DNA from: Macrostomum lignano
Taxonomy: Eukaryota
Direction of reading: 5' to 3'
Assembly: GCA_002269645.1 (NCBI GenBank)
Contig: NIVC01000511.1
Span: forward strand, 1-64,000
Length of the DNA: 64,000 bases
Shown: positions 46,526-57,990 of the stretch, one piece after another
How the letters are laid out: every line of letters starts with the position of its first letter
How positions within the stretch are numbered: the first letter of the stretch is position 1
Program-made: the position numbers and the translations under genes
Notes under the pieces: generated by a model
The model's input: the letters and a program-made list of their open reading frames with translations, nothing else
Database searches by the model: none
What the model was told of the DNA's origin: nothing

Positions 46526-47587
46526 TGAAATAGATAGCGTTTTTCTCGGGGTGGCCTGGTAGGTCTTTGAATCCCACCGCTGCCACCAGTGAAGTACAAT
46601 GGGTTTTCTTCCCGGTTTAGGCCCTTGCGGATTACCTTAATCTTGAGCCTCTTCAGTGGGAAGTTCTCTCAACTCTCTCAGTAGCGTAGGTAGTGCTGCC
46701 ACCAGTTCCTTCAGGTCTCGGCCTTCGATGAGGTGAGCTTCCCGTCGGAACGAAATAAACAAGTCAACGAACTCAGCACAGTGTGCAGATTTGCAGATTA
46801 ATGAACAAGGCGTCCTGATCAGCAGATCCCCGCCGGGCTCAGGGGTGGCTGGGAAGGCAGTGTTAGCCTCCCTTAGGCTTGGGCTTTAGTGGGGTCTCAG
46901 TCAGACCAGTACAAACGGATTCAGTACGCAAAGGGCACTTAGTTAGACACTGACGCACACGGGTTCTTAGTGAATTCTCCGCAGATAAGAAGCCAAAATA
47001 ATTCCTTGACGGAAACAAGGGGAGAGGGGTCCTATTTATAGCCGGGAAACACCACGCACAAGACCTCGTGACTTGTTCTATTTTTAGAACTGACGTCACT
47101 TGAGATCTCGAGGCAGGGTCTCAGTGCGCGCAAGACCTCGTGACTCGTTCTATTTTTAGAACTGACGTCACTTGAGGTCTCCGGCCAGGGTACACGCGGC
47201 TGTGACTCAGTTGCTATTTTTAGCAACATGAGTCACTCCTCTCCTTAGAGAAGGGAGGGGTCCGAAAGCACGTGATTCTCCCGGTAAACAGGGCCAACGA
47301 GTGCAGTAAACATGTTTACTGCACTTTAGGACTCGAAGAACGCAGAGTCTGTCATGTGACTTGCTCACATGACAGAGGAAAACGGGACGGGAACGAAACA
47401 GAGACAGCCCACAGCAGAGAAGCTGAGGGCTGAGAACAGAGACGCAGAAGGGCAGAACAGGCCAAGGGCAGCAACAGACGGGCCAAGGGGGTGGGAAGCT
47501 GACCAGCGGCAGACAGCAACCCAGGGCGAGGGCGAGGGAGACTGCTGACAAAGTGGGACGCCTAACATCAACTAGCGGATCACTACA
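46526..47587 (-). repeat. Gypsy 3' LTR
   Basis: Preceded in sense by the PPT. Contains TATAAATA (47033-40), two 72-bp-spaced repeats with TGACGTCA, and an embedded PBS copy (46569-88). Confidence 0.93.
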
Positions 47588-47599
47588 CTCTCCCCGTTC
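47588..47599 (-). other. Polypurine tract GAACGGGGAGAG
   Basis: Immediately 5' of the 3' LTR in element sense. Confidence 0.85.
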
Positions 47600-48118
47600 A
47601 AATGAAGAGGCGGAGTGAAAGCGAAGCGCGCTTTATTTATTAAACAAAATAGTGATTTTACTAAATAAAATTATTACAAATGCCTGGCAAAAGGATGGCA
47701 GTGTCACAAGGCATACCAATTATTACACGGCTGGGCCAAGGTCAGGATTGTGACCCAAAATGGCGAAGCACCAATAGCACCGGTGGGTTGCCCACGCCAA
47801 GGCAGAGCCCTAGAAAATGATAAAATCGGAGGGGCTGGCAAGTCCCTCGGGCGTACGCAGAATCAGGACCTCAGTCCAACAGCGGTTCGGGGGCGCCGGC
47901 CCGGAAAATGGGCGCCTAAATATACGGGATACCATAGACAGCCGGCAGAGCCCGTCACTGGGGAGAAGGGGGATGCAGAACTGCACCAGAGCAACAGCTC
48001 ACGGGAAGATAAACGAGTACGCATTGCGGGGGCGCTGGCCCGCTATTGAGGGGCCACATAAAGTAGAGCAGGGAAAAATCAGAGGGTGCCTGTCAGCACC
48101 AAGTCCACAGAGTCAGAG

Positions 48119-49700
48119 TTAATCGCTGCGTTGGGTTGATCGGTGCACGCAGATGCGGGCAGTGCGACTAACATAAGTCTTAGCCCTAGGATTAATAATC
48201 AGCCTCTCAGGCTGCCTACGATTCCTAGCCGGCCTACCGGCATCTACAATTCCTACTGACGCTTCCACCGGAGTGGTGCATAGCGACGGCCCAGGGGTCT
48301 GGACCACAGATAAAGCAGCACTGGGGGCGGGAGCAGAAACGGGCGGAAAAGAAACGGCAGGCATAGACGCATCAAGAACAGGCTCATGCAAATGACATTC
48401 ACCATACGGCACTGGCTCACGCCGAAGTGCACTTGCCTGGTTCGCTGGTGTCGTGACCGGTCCACCTCCTGGCTGTACCTCCGGGATCGCCAAAGGCCGG
48501 AAGTGCCATCGGAAGGCCGGCCTTGCGTCGTAGCCGTCATCATCATCATCGTCGGGGTCGTCCTGGTCGTCCTCGGGAATTGGCGTCAGGGTCGCGGGTC
48601 CTGCGCCGTCGGGGACGTCGGGCGGCCGCCGGCGTTTCTTCGGATTGTCGACTTCAGGATCCGATGTCCTCGTGTAGTCAGCGTCAGGCACGAGCAGAAG
48701 GTTCCGGCGATGGACGACTAATTCGTCTCGTCTAGCTCTCGGGTTGGGCAGTCTCCGTCGAATCTTGTAGACAACCTCGCCCTTAGGCTCGACGACTTCA
48801 TACAGTGCTTTGCGCGGTCGTGAAACTTCGCCGCCTCGTCCGGTTCAAGCACCGGATTGTTGAGGAAGACCAGATCACCGGGTTGAAGCTTCTTGGCGGC
48901 GGGCAGGTTCGAATAGTGCTCGTCTCGCAGTTGCTGGTGCAGATGCAGGCGCTCCTTGGCTAGCTCAGTCGCCTCGTCCAGGCGACGTTGGAAGTCCTTG
49001 ACGTAGTCGGGCAGGTCGGCGTACTCGGGCAGCTTCTTCAGCGCGTTGTCGATCGGGAGTCGGAAGTCACGGCCGAACACCAGGTAGTGAGGCGTGAAGC
49101 CGGTCACCGGGTGCACGCTGGAGCGGAGAGCCATCAGACAGGCCGGGAGGAAGGTGTCCCAGTCGTTGTGGTTGCGCTCGAGCAGACAGGTGAGGACACT
49201 CTTCAGCTGCTTGTTGAGGTTCTCGACTTGTCCATTGGAAGCTGGATTGTACGGTGTTGTTGTCGTATGCCGAATGCCAAACAGGTCGCAGAACTTCTTG
49301 AAGGCCGAGCCGGTGAAGTTGGTGCCTTGGTCGGTGTGGATCCAGCATGGTACACCGAACTCAGGGATGAAGCGCTCCTGCAGAAGCTTGATGACTGTTT
49401 TGGCTTTCTGGTTTCTCATCGGGTAGGCGAATGGATACTTCGACGTCGCATCGCACAAGGTCAGGATGTAGCGGTTGCCGCTCTTGCTGCTTTCTGCGCG
49501 ATTGGTCCTACTACATCACAGTGGATTCTACCCAGAACTTCGCAGACTGGGAAGCTCTGGACCGGAACTCTTCTCGCCGTCGCGATTTACTTTCAAGGCA
49601 GGTGCGGCACTTACTGATGAAGGTCTTGGTAGCACGGGCTAATCCGGGTCTCCAGAACCGTTCTCGTAGCCGCAGTAACGTCTTGTCTCACCGAGGTGTC
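48119..49700 (-). CDS. Gypsy integrase (zinc finger, DDE core, C-terminal extension), several frameshifts
   Basis: HSSPLCGHLG; LTLCDATSKYPFA; IHTDQGTNF; TPYNPASNGQVENLN; terminal RPARNRRQPERL. Confidence 0.9.
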
Positions 49701-52700
49701 CACACAGTGGCGAACTGTGGAGCTCCTGGAGCACCTGGGCGTCAAGGGCCTCAGGCAGAACAACCTTTGGCTGCTGGCCATCGGACAGGTCAATCAGCAG
49801 CAGGCCGTTGTCCTCCTGCAGGTTCTCGTAGTATCCGAGCAGGTTCCGCTGCTCCTTCGTCAGGCGCAACCGGGCGTCGAACTCAGGCTTCGGGGCTTCG
49901 TCCTTGACCAGGTTGAGCACGTAGCTGATGGCTCGGTCAGCGCGCTGGGCTTCAACGAACTGTTGGCGAGTCATCGGCAGCTTCAGAAAATCAGTGAGCA
50001 CAGCGCGGCATGGCTGAGGGGTCCGGATTCCCGCAGTCTCCGCTTTAATGGCTCCAGGTCGATCACACGGCACCGTCTTGTCGGCGTCAGGATTAGGTCG
50101 CTCCGAGGGACTTTGTCTCGCAACGTCGGCGTACGTCCGTTGATCTCGTTTCGAAGTTCTCATTGTCGCTCTCTTGACAGAAAATTCTGCAGATGGAGCA
50201 GTGCACATGCCTCCACTGCCTAGCCCAGGCGACTCTTGGCTGTAGGGCGGGACGCAACACGAGAAGCACGCCTCGTCGCTGGCAGCCGTAGCCGTCGGCT
50301 CAGTCGTCGTCAAAGTTGGGTGAGTCTTCTCCTGCACTGGGCGGTGTCGCAAAGGGGGACTCGACTTTCCGCACAGGCGATGAGCAGCTGTCTGTCGGCC
50401 CGGGGGACAGAGCATCGACCTTGCAGCTGGCGCGAGATTCTGGCCCCTGTCAACATGGCGAGAGATCTCAGCGAAAGGCTCAGAAGGGTTGTACTTAAGT
50501 TGCTGTCCTGGAGTTGCGTTGCGGGCCGTCATCAGAAGGGCTGCTGGCGCGGTGGCCTTTGAATCTTGGTCCGTGGGCGTCTCCAGATTCCGAGACCGGA
50601 AGTCTTGGGCGTCGTCAAGGAGGTCTGCTTCGGCGGTGGCCTCTAGGACTTCGTCCAGGTTGGTCTCCAGGTAACGGCAGTCGGCGTGGGCATCGCTGCA
50701 GAGGGCTGTCGTCACAGTGGCCTCTGGGTTGTCGTCCAGGCCGATCTCCAGGCGTTGACTGCAGCGGTGGGCGTCGTGCTGGAAGGCTGCTGGCGCGGTG
50801 GCTTCCAGGTCTTCGTCCAGGTCAGTCTCGGCCTCCAGGTAGCGAGGGTGGACAGTCTTCGGGAGGGCTGCTCTGGCAGTGGCCTCGGGTGTCGCGTCCA
50901 AGTCCGTCTCCAGGAAACGTCGGCGCTCAGTCTTGGGGCTGCCGCCGGCACCGGGTTGGGCTGTAGAACCAGGTTGCTTTAGCAGTCGGCCATGCTCGAA
51001 GTTGATCGGTGGTGTCTCCGGTCTTCTTGACAGGGCGTCGGCGTTGGCGTGGTCCTTGCCTTTGCGGTGGTTAAGCTGGAAGCGGAACTCGCTAAGGCGT
51101 TCGATCCAGCGGCCTAAAATACCTGTGGCCTGAGTTTGGTTCAGTAACCACAGTAAGGCCCGATGATCGGATCGAACTTCAAACTTCTTGCCGATTAAGT
51201 AATGACGGAAATGTCGCATAGCGTCCACAATTGCAAGCAGCTCTTTCTTCGTGACCGTGTAGCGCTTCTCAGGATCGCGAAGTTTACGGCTAAAGAATGC
51301 AATTGGACGTTCGACGCCGTCGGATTGCAGTTGTCCAAGGCAAGCGCCTATTCGAATATCAGAGGCATCCGTGTCGAGGACAAACTTCACTGCAGGATCA
51401 GAGTTAAACTCAGGCAGAGCGAGAACTTCAGTTGAACACAATTTCTTCTTCAGAGTGTCGAACGCGTGCTGATGCTCGGGAGTCCAATGCTGCCGCAGGC
51501 TGCCAATGTCCTTTCGCGTCAGGGCATGCAGCGGCGCAGCCACTCCAGCGTAGCCGTCGACAAACTTGTGGTAGTAATTGGCGAGGCCTAGGAATTGTCT
51601 CAGTTGAGTAACGGACTGTGGCACGGGCCAATCACGGATCTGCGCAATCTTGTCCTCACAGGTCTTCAGGCCGTCGGGAGTCACGACGTGACCTAAATAA
51701 TGCAGCTCCTTGAGGAACAAATGACACTTCTTCGGTTTCACTTTGAGGTTGGCTGCGATGATGCGCTGGAGCACAGTCCGCAGATTATCCAGCTGTTCCT
51801 CGAAAGTCACTGAGTGCACCACGATGTCGTCCATGTAGCCAAGCGCAGTATTTGGCGTCAGGCCGTCCAGGAGCTTATTGATGCAACGCTGAAAGCTGCC
51901 GGGACTATCGTGGAGACCCATCGGTAGAACGTTAAAACAGAATTGGCCGCGGTCGATTACTGAGAACGCCGTCAGGTGCTGGTCGCAGTCACGCAGCGGG
52001 ATCTGCCAGAATCCTTGAGCAAGGTCCAAGCTGGAATACCACTGAGCACCACGAAGCTTCGCGAAGGTTTCCTGGATGTGCGGCAGTGGATACGGGTGAT
52101 ACACACACCTGTCGTTGAGAGCTCTGAAGTCGTGGACTAGTCGGATGTTGCCGTCCTTCTTGGGCACGATGAGCATTGGCGAATTGTAGCTCGAGTAGGC
52201 AGGGCGAATGATGTGCTTCGCCAGCATCTCGTCTAGCAGGGCGTCGAGCTTGTCCTTCAGATGAGGCGGGATTCGGCGCGGTGGAAGCGCAACTGGTGTC
52301 CGGTCCTTTAAGATGATCTCGTGGGTCACCAGGTGAGTCAGGCCGGCGTCTAGCGGGTGCTTGGAGAAGGCCGCTTGACATTCGACTAGGAGATCTCGCA
52401 CTCGCTGATGTTGTTCTTTGGACAATTCGTTGTTGATCTCGACTTCATCTAGCCATGCTGTGCTGGACTCTTCAGAGTTCTTCGGGAGGTGTCGCACTTC
52501 AGGTTCGGCGTCTCACTCAGTACATCAGGTCGGCAGTTCGGAGTGGCGTCGCAACACCACACGGATACCGGCTTGCAGGAACACCTCGCTGTCGGCGGTG
52601 TTGACGACCTCAATGTAGCCGCGACCTTCAGGCATCGTCATCAGAGCAGGCGCTGCTTCCAGAGCGTTGCAGCTGGGATGCAGCCTCGACTTAACCAGCT

Positions 52701-53412
52701 CGACAATTGATGGCGATCCTCGATTCTCGGGGTGGCCGTCATCCAGTCTGACGGCAAGCAGCGCTGAACTTCTAGGCGGAAGGGTGCACTTCTCGGAGGT
52801 GTACACTCGGCAGGTTTGAAGCTCACGACGCGAATAACGAACAGGGATGCACGTGCCATTGTTGAACGTTAGCATTCCTTGAGCGAAGTCCAAGTTCTGG
52901 CAGTGCTCTCGCATAAACGATACGCCAAGCAAGTTTTCACAATCGGAGACCGTGACGAGGAATTCGGTGTCCGCGACGACATCACCGAACTCCACCGGAA
53001 TGGTCACCTTACAAGCAAGTGGGAGCTGCGTCCCATCATACATAGTTACGCAATCGGGAATAGCATGCGATATAATACAACGAGGCATCCGACGTCTAAT
53101 AGCGGCCCAGGTTGACGAACCAAGAAAGTTTTTCCGGCTGCCGCTGTCAAGCAAGAAAGGGACCTCTCGACTCGCAACTCGACCTGTGACGTACGGATCG
53201 GCCTCACGCGCATGGATTTTTTGATTCGGGGAGGTGTCCACGAAACCTCCGCACTCCGCGTCACTTACTGACGAGTGACTGTCGGACTGGGCATTGGCGC
53301 CTGCACAGCCGACATCCTCTTCTTCTGGTGACCTCTCGGAGTCTGCCAAGTAGCCTGGGCTTGGACCTCGCGGAGGGCGGTGCCGTTGTCGCTCTCCGCC
53401 TGGCCGTTTCCC
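49639..53412 (-). CDS. Gypsy protease-RT-RNase H plus long spacer; short disrupted segment at 52500-52560
   Basis: FLLDSGS protease; LDLAQGFWQI, LPMGL, YMDD RT; LDTDAS...PIAFFSRKL...KELLAIV RNase H. PR and RT ORFs share a frame, separated by two stops that three single-G insertions would remove. Confidence 0.92.
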
Positions 53413-54527
53413 TGGTTCTGGCGCATCGGGCACTGGGCACTGCGGTGACCGGGCTGTCCGCAGCCGTAGCAGATTGTAGTCTTCGCCGGCGGGCTGTTCT
53501 TCTGCTGTTGGTCACGCTGCACCAGGTGATCAAGCAGTCGCTGCTGCTTCTCGATCAAGTCGGTTAGAGTTAGCAAGGCTTGGGCGGTGACGTCGGGCTT
53601 CGGGTCGCCGTCCTGCTCCCCGTCCAACATCCTAACCGGGGGTTGAGCGGTTCGCTGCGCCAATTCTTTGGCGCCTTCTAGTCGTCGTAGTTCTCGAATC
53701 GCAGCAAGAAGATTATTTGGGCGGACCCAGTACAGCCGTTCACGCAGGTCTGGAGTCGTCCGGATACCAGCAAGAAATTGATCAGCAATCTCCTTCTCGC
53801 GGTCTTCAGGGTGCATTCGAGGATACGCACGTTCACCAAGAGTTCTCAGGGCGTCAGCAAACTCTTCTGCTGACTCATTCTTGCCTTGTTGACGACGCCT
53901 CAACAGCTCTCTGTACTCATCAGCACCACCATGACGGGCAAATCGCTCAATCAGACGCTGCTTGACCTCCTCGTAGCTGGCGAAACGCGGAAGATTCATA
54001 CCAAGCAGGGCAGGATACGCAGTAGCTAAGTCAAGACTCGCGATGAGGTGTTGTTTCATCTCGAACGGGTCGACGATGCGCTCCATCTCGCAACGCTGCT
54101 CGAACGCGGCAAGCCAGACATGAATGTCCTGACTTGGAGTAAACTTCACAATTTTAACTTGTTTACTCACGGGCCGCTCCATCTGCTGCTGCAGAGCTGC
54201 CATCATGGTCCTGACGTCTTGGTGCGTGATGTTCCGGCCGATGTTGTCCAGGCCTTGCAGAAGCTCGTCTGGCGGGTCGTCGGACGCGTCGCTTCTGGCA
54301 CCTCGCCTCGGCGTCGGCTGCTGACCAAAGTCGTTGATCGCTGCTGCTGCTGCGGCGGCGTCTCCGGCCGCAGGCCTCGAACTGCTGATGTGCTGATCCA
54401 GCCGGCTGCTGCACCGGCTTTCGTCTCGCTCGTTGAACATGTTGAACTCGTCGTAGTCGCTGGCCGAAGTCGTTCTCGAAAGAGCGGTTGGCTTGGGTGT
54501 GTCGTAGTCGGATCCCACCGCTGCCAC
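53265..54527 (-). CDS. Gypsy gag with CCHC zinc knuckle
   Basis: WLAAFE...QGKNESAEEFADALRTLGERAYP...CYGCGQPGHRSAQC. The frame is open from the PBS; first ATG at 54440. Confidence 0.9.
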   Translation of the reverse strand: MAAVGSDYDTPKPTALSRTTSASDYDEFNMFNERDESRCSSRLDQHISSSRPAAGDAAAAAAAINDFGQQPTPRRGARSDASDDPPDELLQGLDNIGRNITHQDVRTMMAALQQQMERPVSKQVKIVKFTPSQDIHVWLAAFEQRCEMERIVDPFEMKQHLIASLDLATAYPALLGMNLPRFASYEEVKQRLIERFARHGGADEYRELLRRRQQGKNESAEEFADALRTLGERAYPRMHPEDREKEIADQFLAGIRTTPDLRERLYWVRPNNLLAAIRELRRLEGAKELAQRTAQPPVRMLDGEQDGDPKPDVTAQALLTLTDLIEKQQRLLDHLVQRDQQQKNSPPAKTTICYGCGQPGHRSAQCPMRQNQGNGQAESDNGTALREVQAQATWQTPRGHQKKRMSAVQAPMPSPTVTRQ

Positions 54528-54529
54528 CA
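54512..54529 (-). other. Primer-binding site complementary to tRNA-Leu 3' end (TGGTGGCAGCGGTGGGAT)
   Basis: One nt from the 5' LTR end; complements the eukaryotic tRNA-Leu 3' end ...GAATCCCACCGCTGCCACCA. Confidence 0.9.
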
Positions 54530-54530
54530 G

Positions 54531-55590
54531 TGAAATACAATGGTTTTCTCGGGGTGGCCTGGTAGGTCTTTGAATCCCACCGCTGCCACCAGTGAAATAG
54601 TTGGGTTTTCTTCCCGGTTTAGGCCCTTGCGGATTACCTTAATCTTGAGCCTCTTCAGTGGGAAGTTCTCTCAACTCTCTCAGTAGCGTAGGTAGTGCTG
54701 CCACCAGTTCCTTCAGGTCTCGGCCTTCGATGAGGTGAGCTTCCCGTCGGAACGAAATAAACAAGTCAACGAACTCAGCACAGTGTGCAGATTTGCAGAT
54801 TAATGAACAAGGCGTCCTGATCAGCAGATCCCCGCCGGGCTCAGGGGTGGCTGGGAAGGCAGTGTTAGCCTCCCTTAGGCTTGGGCTTTAGTGGGGTCTC
54901 AGTCAGACCAGTACAAACGAATTCAGTACGCAAAGGGCACTTAGTTAGACACTGACGCACACGGGTTCTTAGTGAATTCTCCGCAGATAAGAAGCCAAAA
55001 TAATTCCTTGACGGAAACAAGGGGAGAGGGGTCCTATTTATAGCCGGGAAACACCCACGCACAAGACCTCGTGACTTGTTCTATTTTTAGAACTGACGTC
55101 ACTTGAGATCTCGAGGCAGGGTCTCAGTGCGCGCAAGACCTCGTGACTCGTTCTATTTTTAGAACTGACGTCACTTGAGGTCTCCGGCCAGGGTACACGC
55201 GGCTGTGACTCAGTTGCTATTTTTAGCAACATGAGTCACTCCTCTCCTTAGAGAAGGGAGGGGTCCGAAAGCACGTGATTCTCCCGGTAAACAGGGCCAA
55301 CGAGTGCAGTAAACATGTTTACTGCACTTTAGGACTCGAAGAACGCAGAGTCTGTCATGTGACTTGCTCACATGACAGAGGAAAACGGGACGGGAACGAA
55401 ACAGAGACAGCCCACAGCAGAGAAGCTGAGGGCTGAGAACAGAGACGCAGAAGGGCAGAACAGGCCAAGGGCAGCAACAGACGGGCCAAGGGGGTGGGAA
55501 GCTGACCAGCGGCAGACAGCAACCCAGGGCGAGGGCGAGGGAGACTGCTGACAAAGTGGGACGCCTAACATCAACTAGCGGATCACTACA
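54531..55590 (-). repeat. Gypsy 5' LTR
   Basis: Nearly identical to 46526-47587 except in the U5-terminal ~75 bp; embedded PBS copy at 54572-91. Confidence 0.93.
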
Positions 55591-55680
55591 GACACTACTC
55601 CTGAGGTGAAGAAGAGATAAGTAGTACTGAAATTTGAGAAGTAGTCAACTTTTTGTACGTCCATTCGAGGGGGAATATTT

Positions 55681-56351
55681 TTATGGACAGAAGGTCCCGA
55701 TTATATATTTGCAGCTGTAACGACATGAAAATGCTGCAGCTGTTGCAGTCAAACTTGAAGTGACGCATCGCCGTTTTAGAGTATCATTTTGGCATCTCAG
55801 TCGTGCTGAAGTGTTTCTCTCGGCCTTGAGTTTCTGCCTTAGCTGCTGCGTGGTCGCAACTCTTCGACCGGTAGGCTTGGGTAAGGGCACAGTAATCGGC
55901 GGAGCGTCCTTTCTCGGAGACATGTCGAAAGGTTCACCTCGGACAGTCGGAGATTTTCGTTGCAGGACTGGTGGAATCGCTTTGTACAGATTTCTAGCAG
56001 GAAACGCCGTAGTCAGTAGTTGCGTTCCCGGCTCTTGGCGAAGTCTTGGGCAGCTGTACATTTCGTCAGTGAAGTGGAGGCTGCACACTACGGCACATGC
56101 CCACTTGTGCCAGTTGGCTTTGCCAAGCAGGTCGACTCTGTAGAGTCGGCGCGCCCATTCTTCGCATTTCTGCATGAAACAGTTATTATGGCATGCCTGT
56201 CAAAAGCGACTACAATAACTCATAATACTGATGTCACATACCTTTCAGGACTCTTGATTGGAAACTTATGAAAACAAAATCCAGGTTGATTTCTATACGC
56301 ATAGGATTTACAGCCGTATGATGCGCACTGCTGACGTGAAACTGTTGGCAT
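55681..56351 (-). CDS. THAP zinc finger + coiled-coil protein of the P-like element (exons 56242-56351, 55681-56169; ~200 aa)
   Basis: MPTVSRQQCASYGC...FCFHKFP....ER|KCEEWARRL...VCSLHFTDEMY...LLTTAFP gives the full C2CH THAP signature, then TTQQLRQKLKAERNTSARLRCQNDTLKRR. The junction is 1 nt out of phase at a homopolymer (GAAAG/GTATGT). Confidence 0.82.
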
Positions 56352-56919
56352 GGCGCAACAGAGGCGTGAAACTGAGAATCACGGGACACTTACAATTGAA
56401 GCGATTTATTTATTATCCAAATCGATTTATTTGGAGCGACCAAAGGGGTATAAATATAAGGAACGCAGGCAATTTTTTTCGCAGGGAGCTTGATTGAGCA
56501 TTCTGGTGTATTCTGTGGAGGCAACCATTGGAATGAAGGAGAAAAAAACAATAATAGAGTACAAGTTAAAGCATTTCAGACAGACAGACGGTCAGACCGA
56601 GCTTCTCTAACGTAAAGTCAATGATAGCCTAGCGACAGACAGGGCGCCCGGAATTCTCCCAGCGAGGTAGAATTATTGAATCAGCTCACTCTGCTGCAAT
56701 AATTAGCTATATAGGCTTACACCAGAGGCTTTCCTTCCCGGCTAATGCTCACTTTGCAGCAGGGGTCTCTGGTCCTGTTTTTACACAAGTTAGTTTGCAA
56801 TGCGAATAGTATTATGGACACGTTGTCCTGCTGTAGCTGATGATAAACTAAAATAACGAATACATGCTAAAAAACTGGGACGGCATGTATGGAGTCCGGA
56901 TAGACTGCGACTGCGAGAA

Positions 56920-57990
56920 TGGATTATGAATCTGTGAGAATAGAATGTGAATCTGTGAGAACAAGATGTGAATCTGTGAGAATAAGATGTGAATCTGTGA
57001 GAATAAGATGTGAATCTGTGAGAATAAGCTGAGAATCTGTGAGAATAAAATGTGAATCTGTGAGAAAAGACTTGAGAACCTGTGAGAATAGACTGAGAAT
57101 CTGTGAGATTTAACTGACAATATGTGATAAGAATTGATAATCTGTGAGAATAGACTTAAGAATCTGTGAGAATAAAATGTGAATCTGTGAGAACAAGATG
57201 TGAATCTGTGAGAATAAGATGTGAATCTGTGAGAATAAGATGTGAATCTGTGAGAATAAGCTGAGAATCTGTGAGAATAAAATGTGAATCTGTGAGAAAA
57301 GACTTGAGAACCTGTGAGAATAGACTGAGAATCTGTGAGATTTAACTGACAATATGTGATAAGAATTGATAATCTGTGAGAATAGACTTAAGAATCTGTG
57401 AGAATAGACTTAAGAATCTGTGAGAATAGACTTGAGAATCTGTGAGAATAGACTTAAGAATCTGTGAGAATAGACTTGAGAATCTGTAAGAATAGACTTG
57501 AGAATCTGTGAGAATAGAGACTTGAGAATCTGTGAGAATAGAGACTTGAGAATCTGTGAGAATAGGCTGTGAATATGTGAGATTGATAGAATCGATTTGT
57601 GAATGTGATGAGAGTAGACCGTGAATCTGATAGAAATATTCGTGAATGTGAGAGTAGACCGTGAATCTGATAGAATAGATTTGTGAATCTGAAGTTAGAC
57701 TGTGAATCTGATAGAATAGATTTGTTAATGTGATAGTAGACTGTGAATCTGATAGAATAGATTTGTGAACGTGAAATTAGACCGTGAATCTGATAGAATA
57801 GATTTTTTAATGTGAGAGTAGACTGTGAATCTGATAGAATAGATTTTTAAATGTGAGAGTAGACTGTGAATATGATAGAATAGATTTGTTAATGTGAGAG
57901 TAGACTGTGAATATGATAGAATAGATTTTTAAATGGGAGAGTAGACTGTGAATCTGATAGAATATTTGGGAATGTGAGAGTAGACTGTAA
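56920..57990. repeat. Compound minisatellite (~21-bp TGTGAATCTGTGAGAATAAGA, then ~41-bp GTGAATCTGATAGAATAGATT...)
   Basis: Visible arrays including a ~240-bp block duplicated in tandem (about 56950-57150 and 57190-57390). Confidence 0.9.

Larger units (their letters stand above)
46526..55590 (-). mobile_element. Full-length Ty3/Gypsy LTR retrotransposon, 9065 bp
   Basis: Two ~1060-bp near-identical LTRs (TGTAG...TTTCA in element sense), 4-bp TSD GACA (46522-25, 55591-94), tRNA-Leu PBS, PPT, domain order gag-PR-RT-RH-IN. Confidence 0.96.
46461..56517 (-). mobile_element. Non-autonomous P-element-like DNA transposon (~988 bp net), interrupted by the Gypsy insertion
   Basis: Perfect 27-bp TIR CACAGAATACACCAGAATGCTCAATCA (46461-87, 56491-517); 8-bp TSD GAGGCAAC (46453-60, 56518-25); THAP ORF starts 166 bp inside the right TIR. 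THAP + 8-bp TSD + CA termini fits the P superfamily. Confidence 0.85.
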
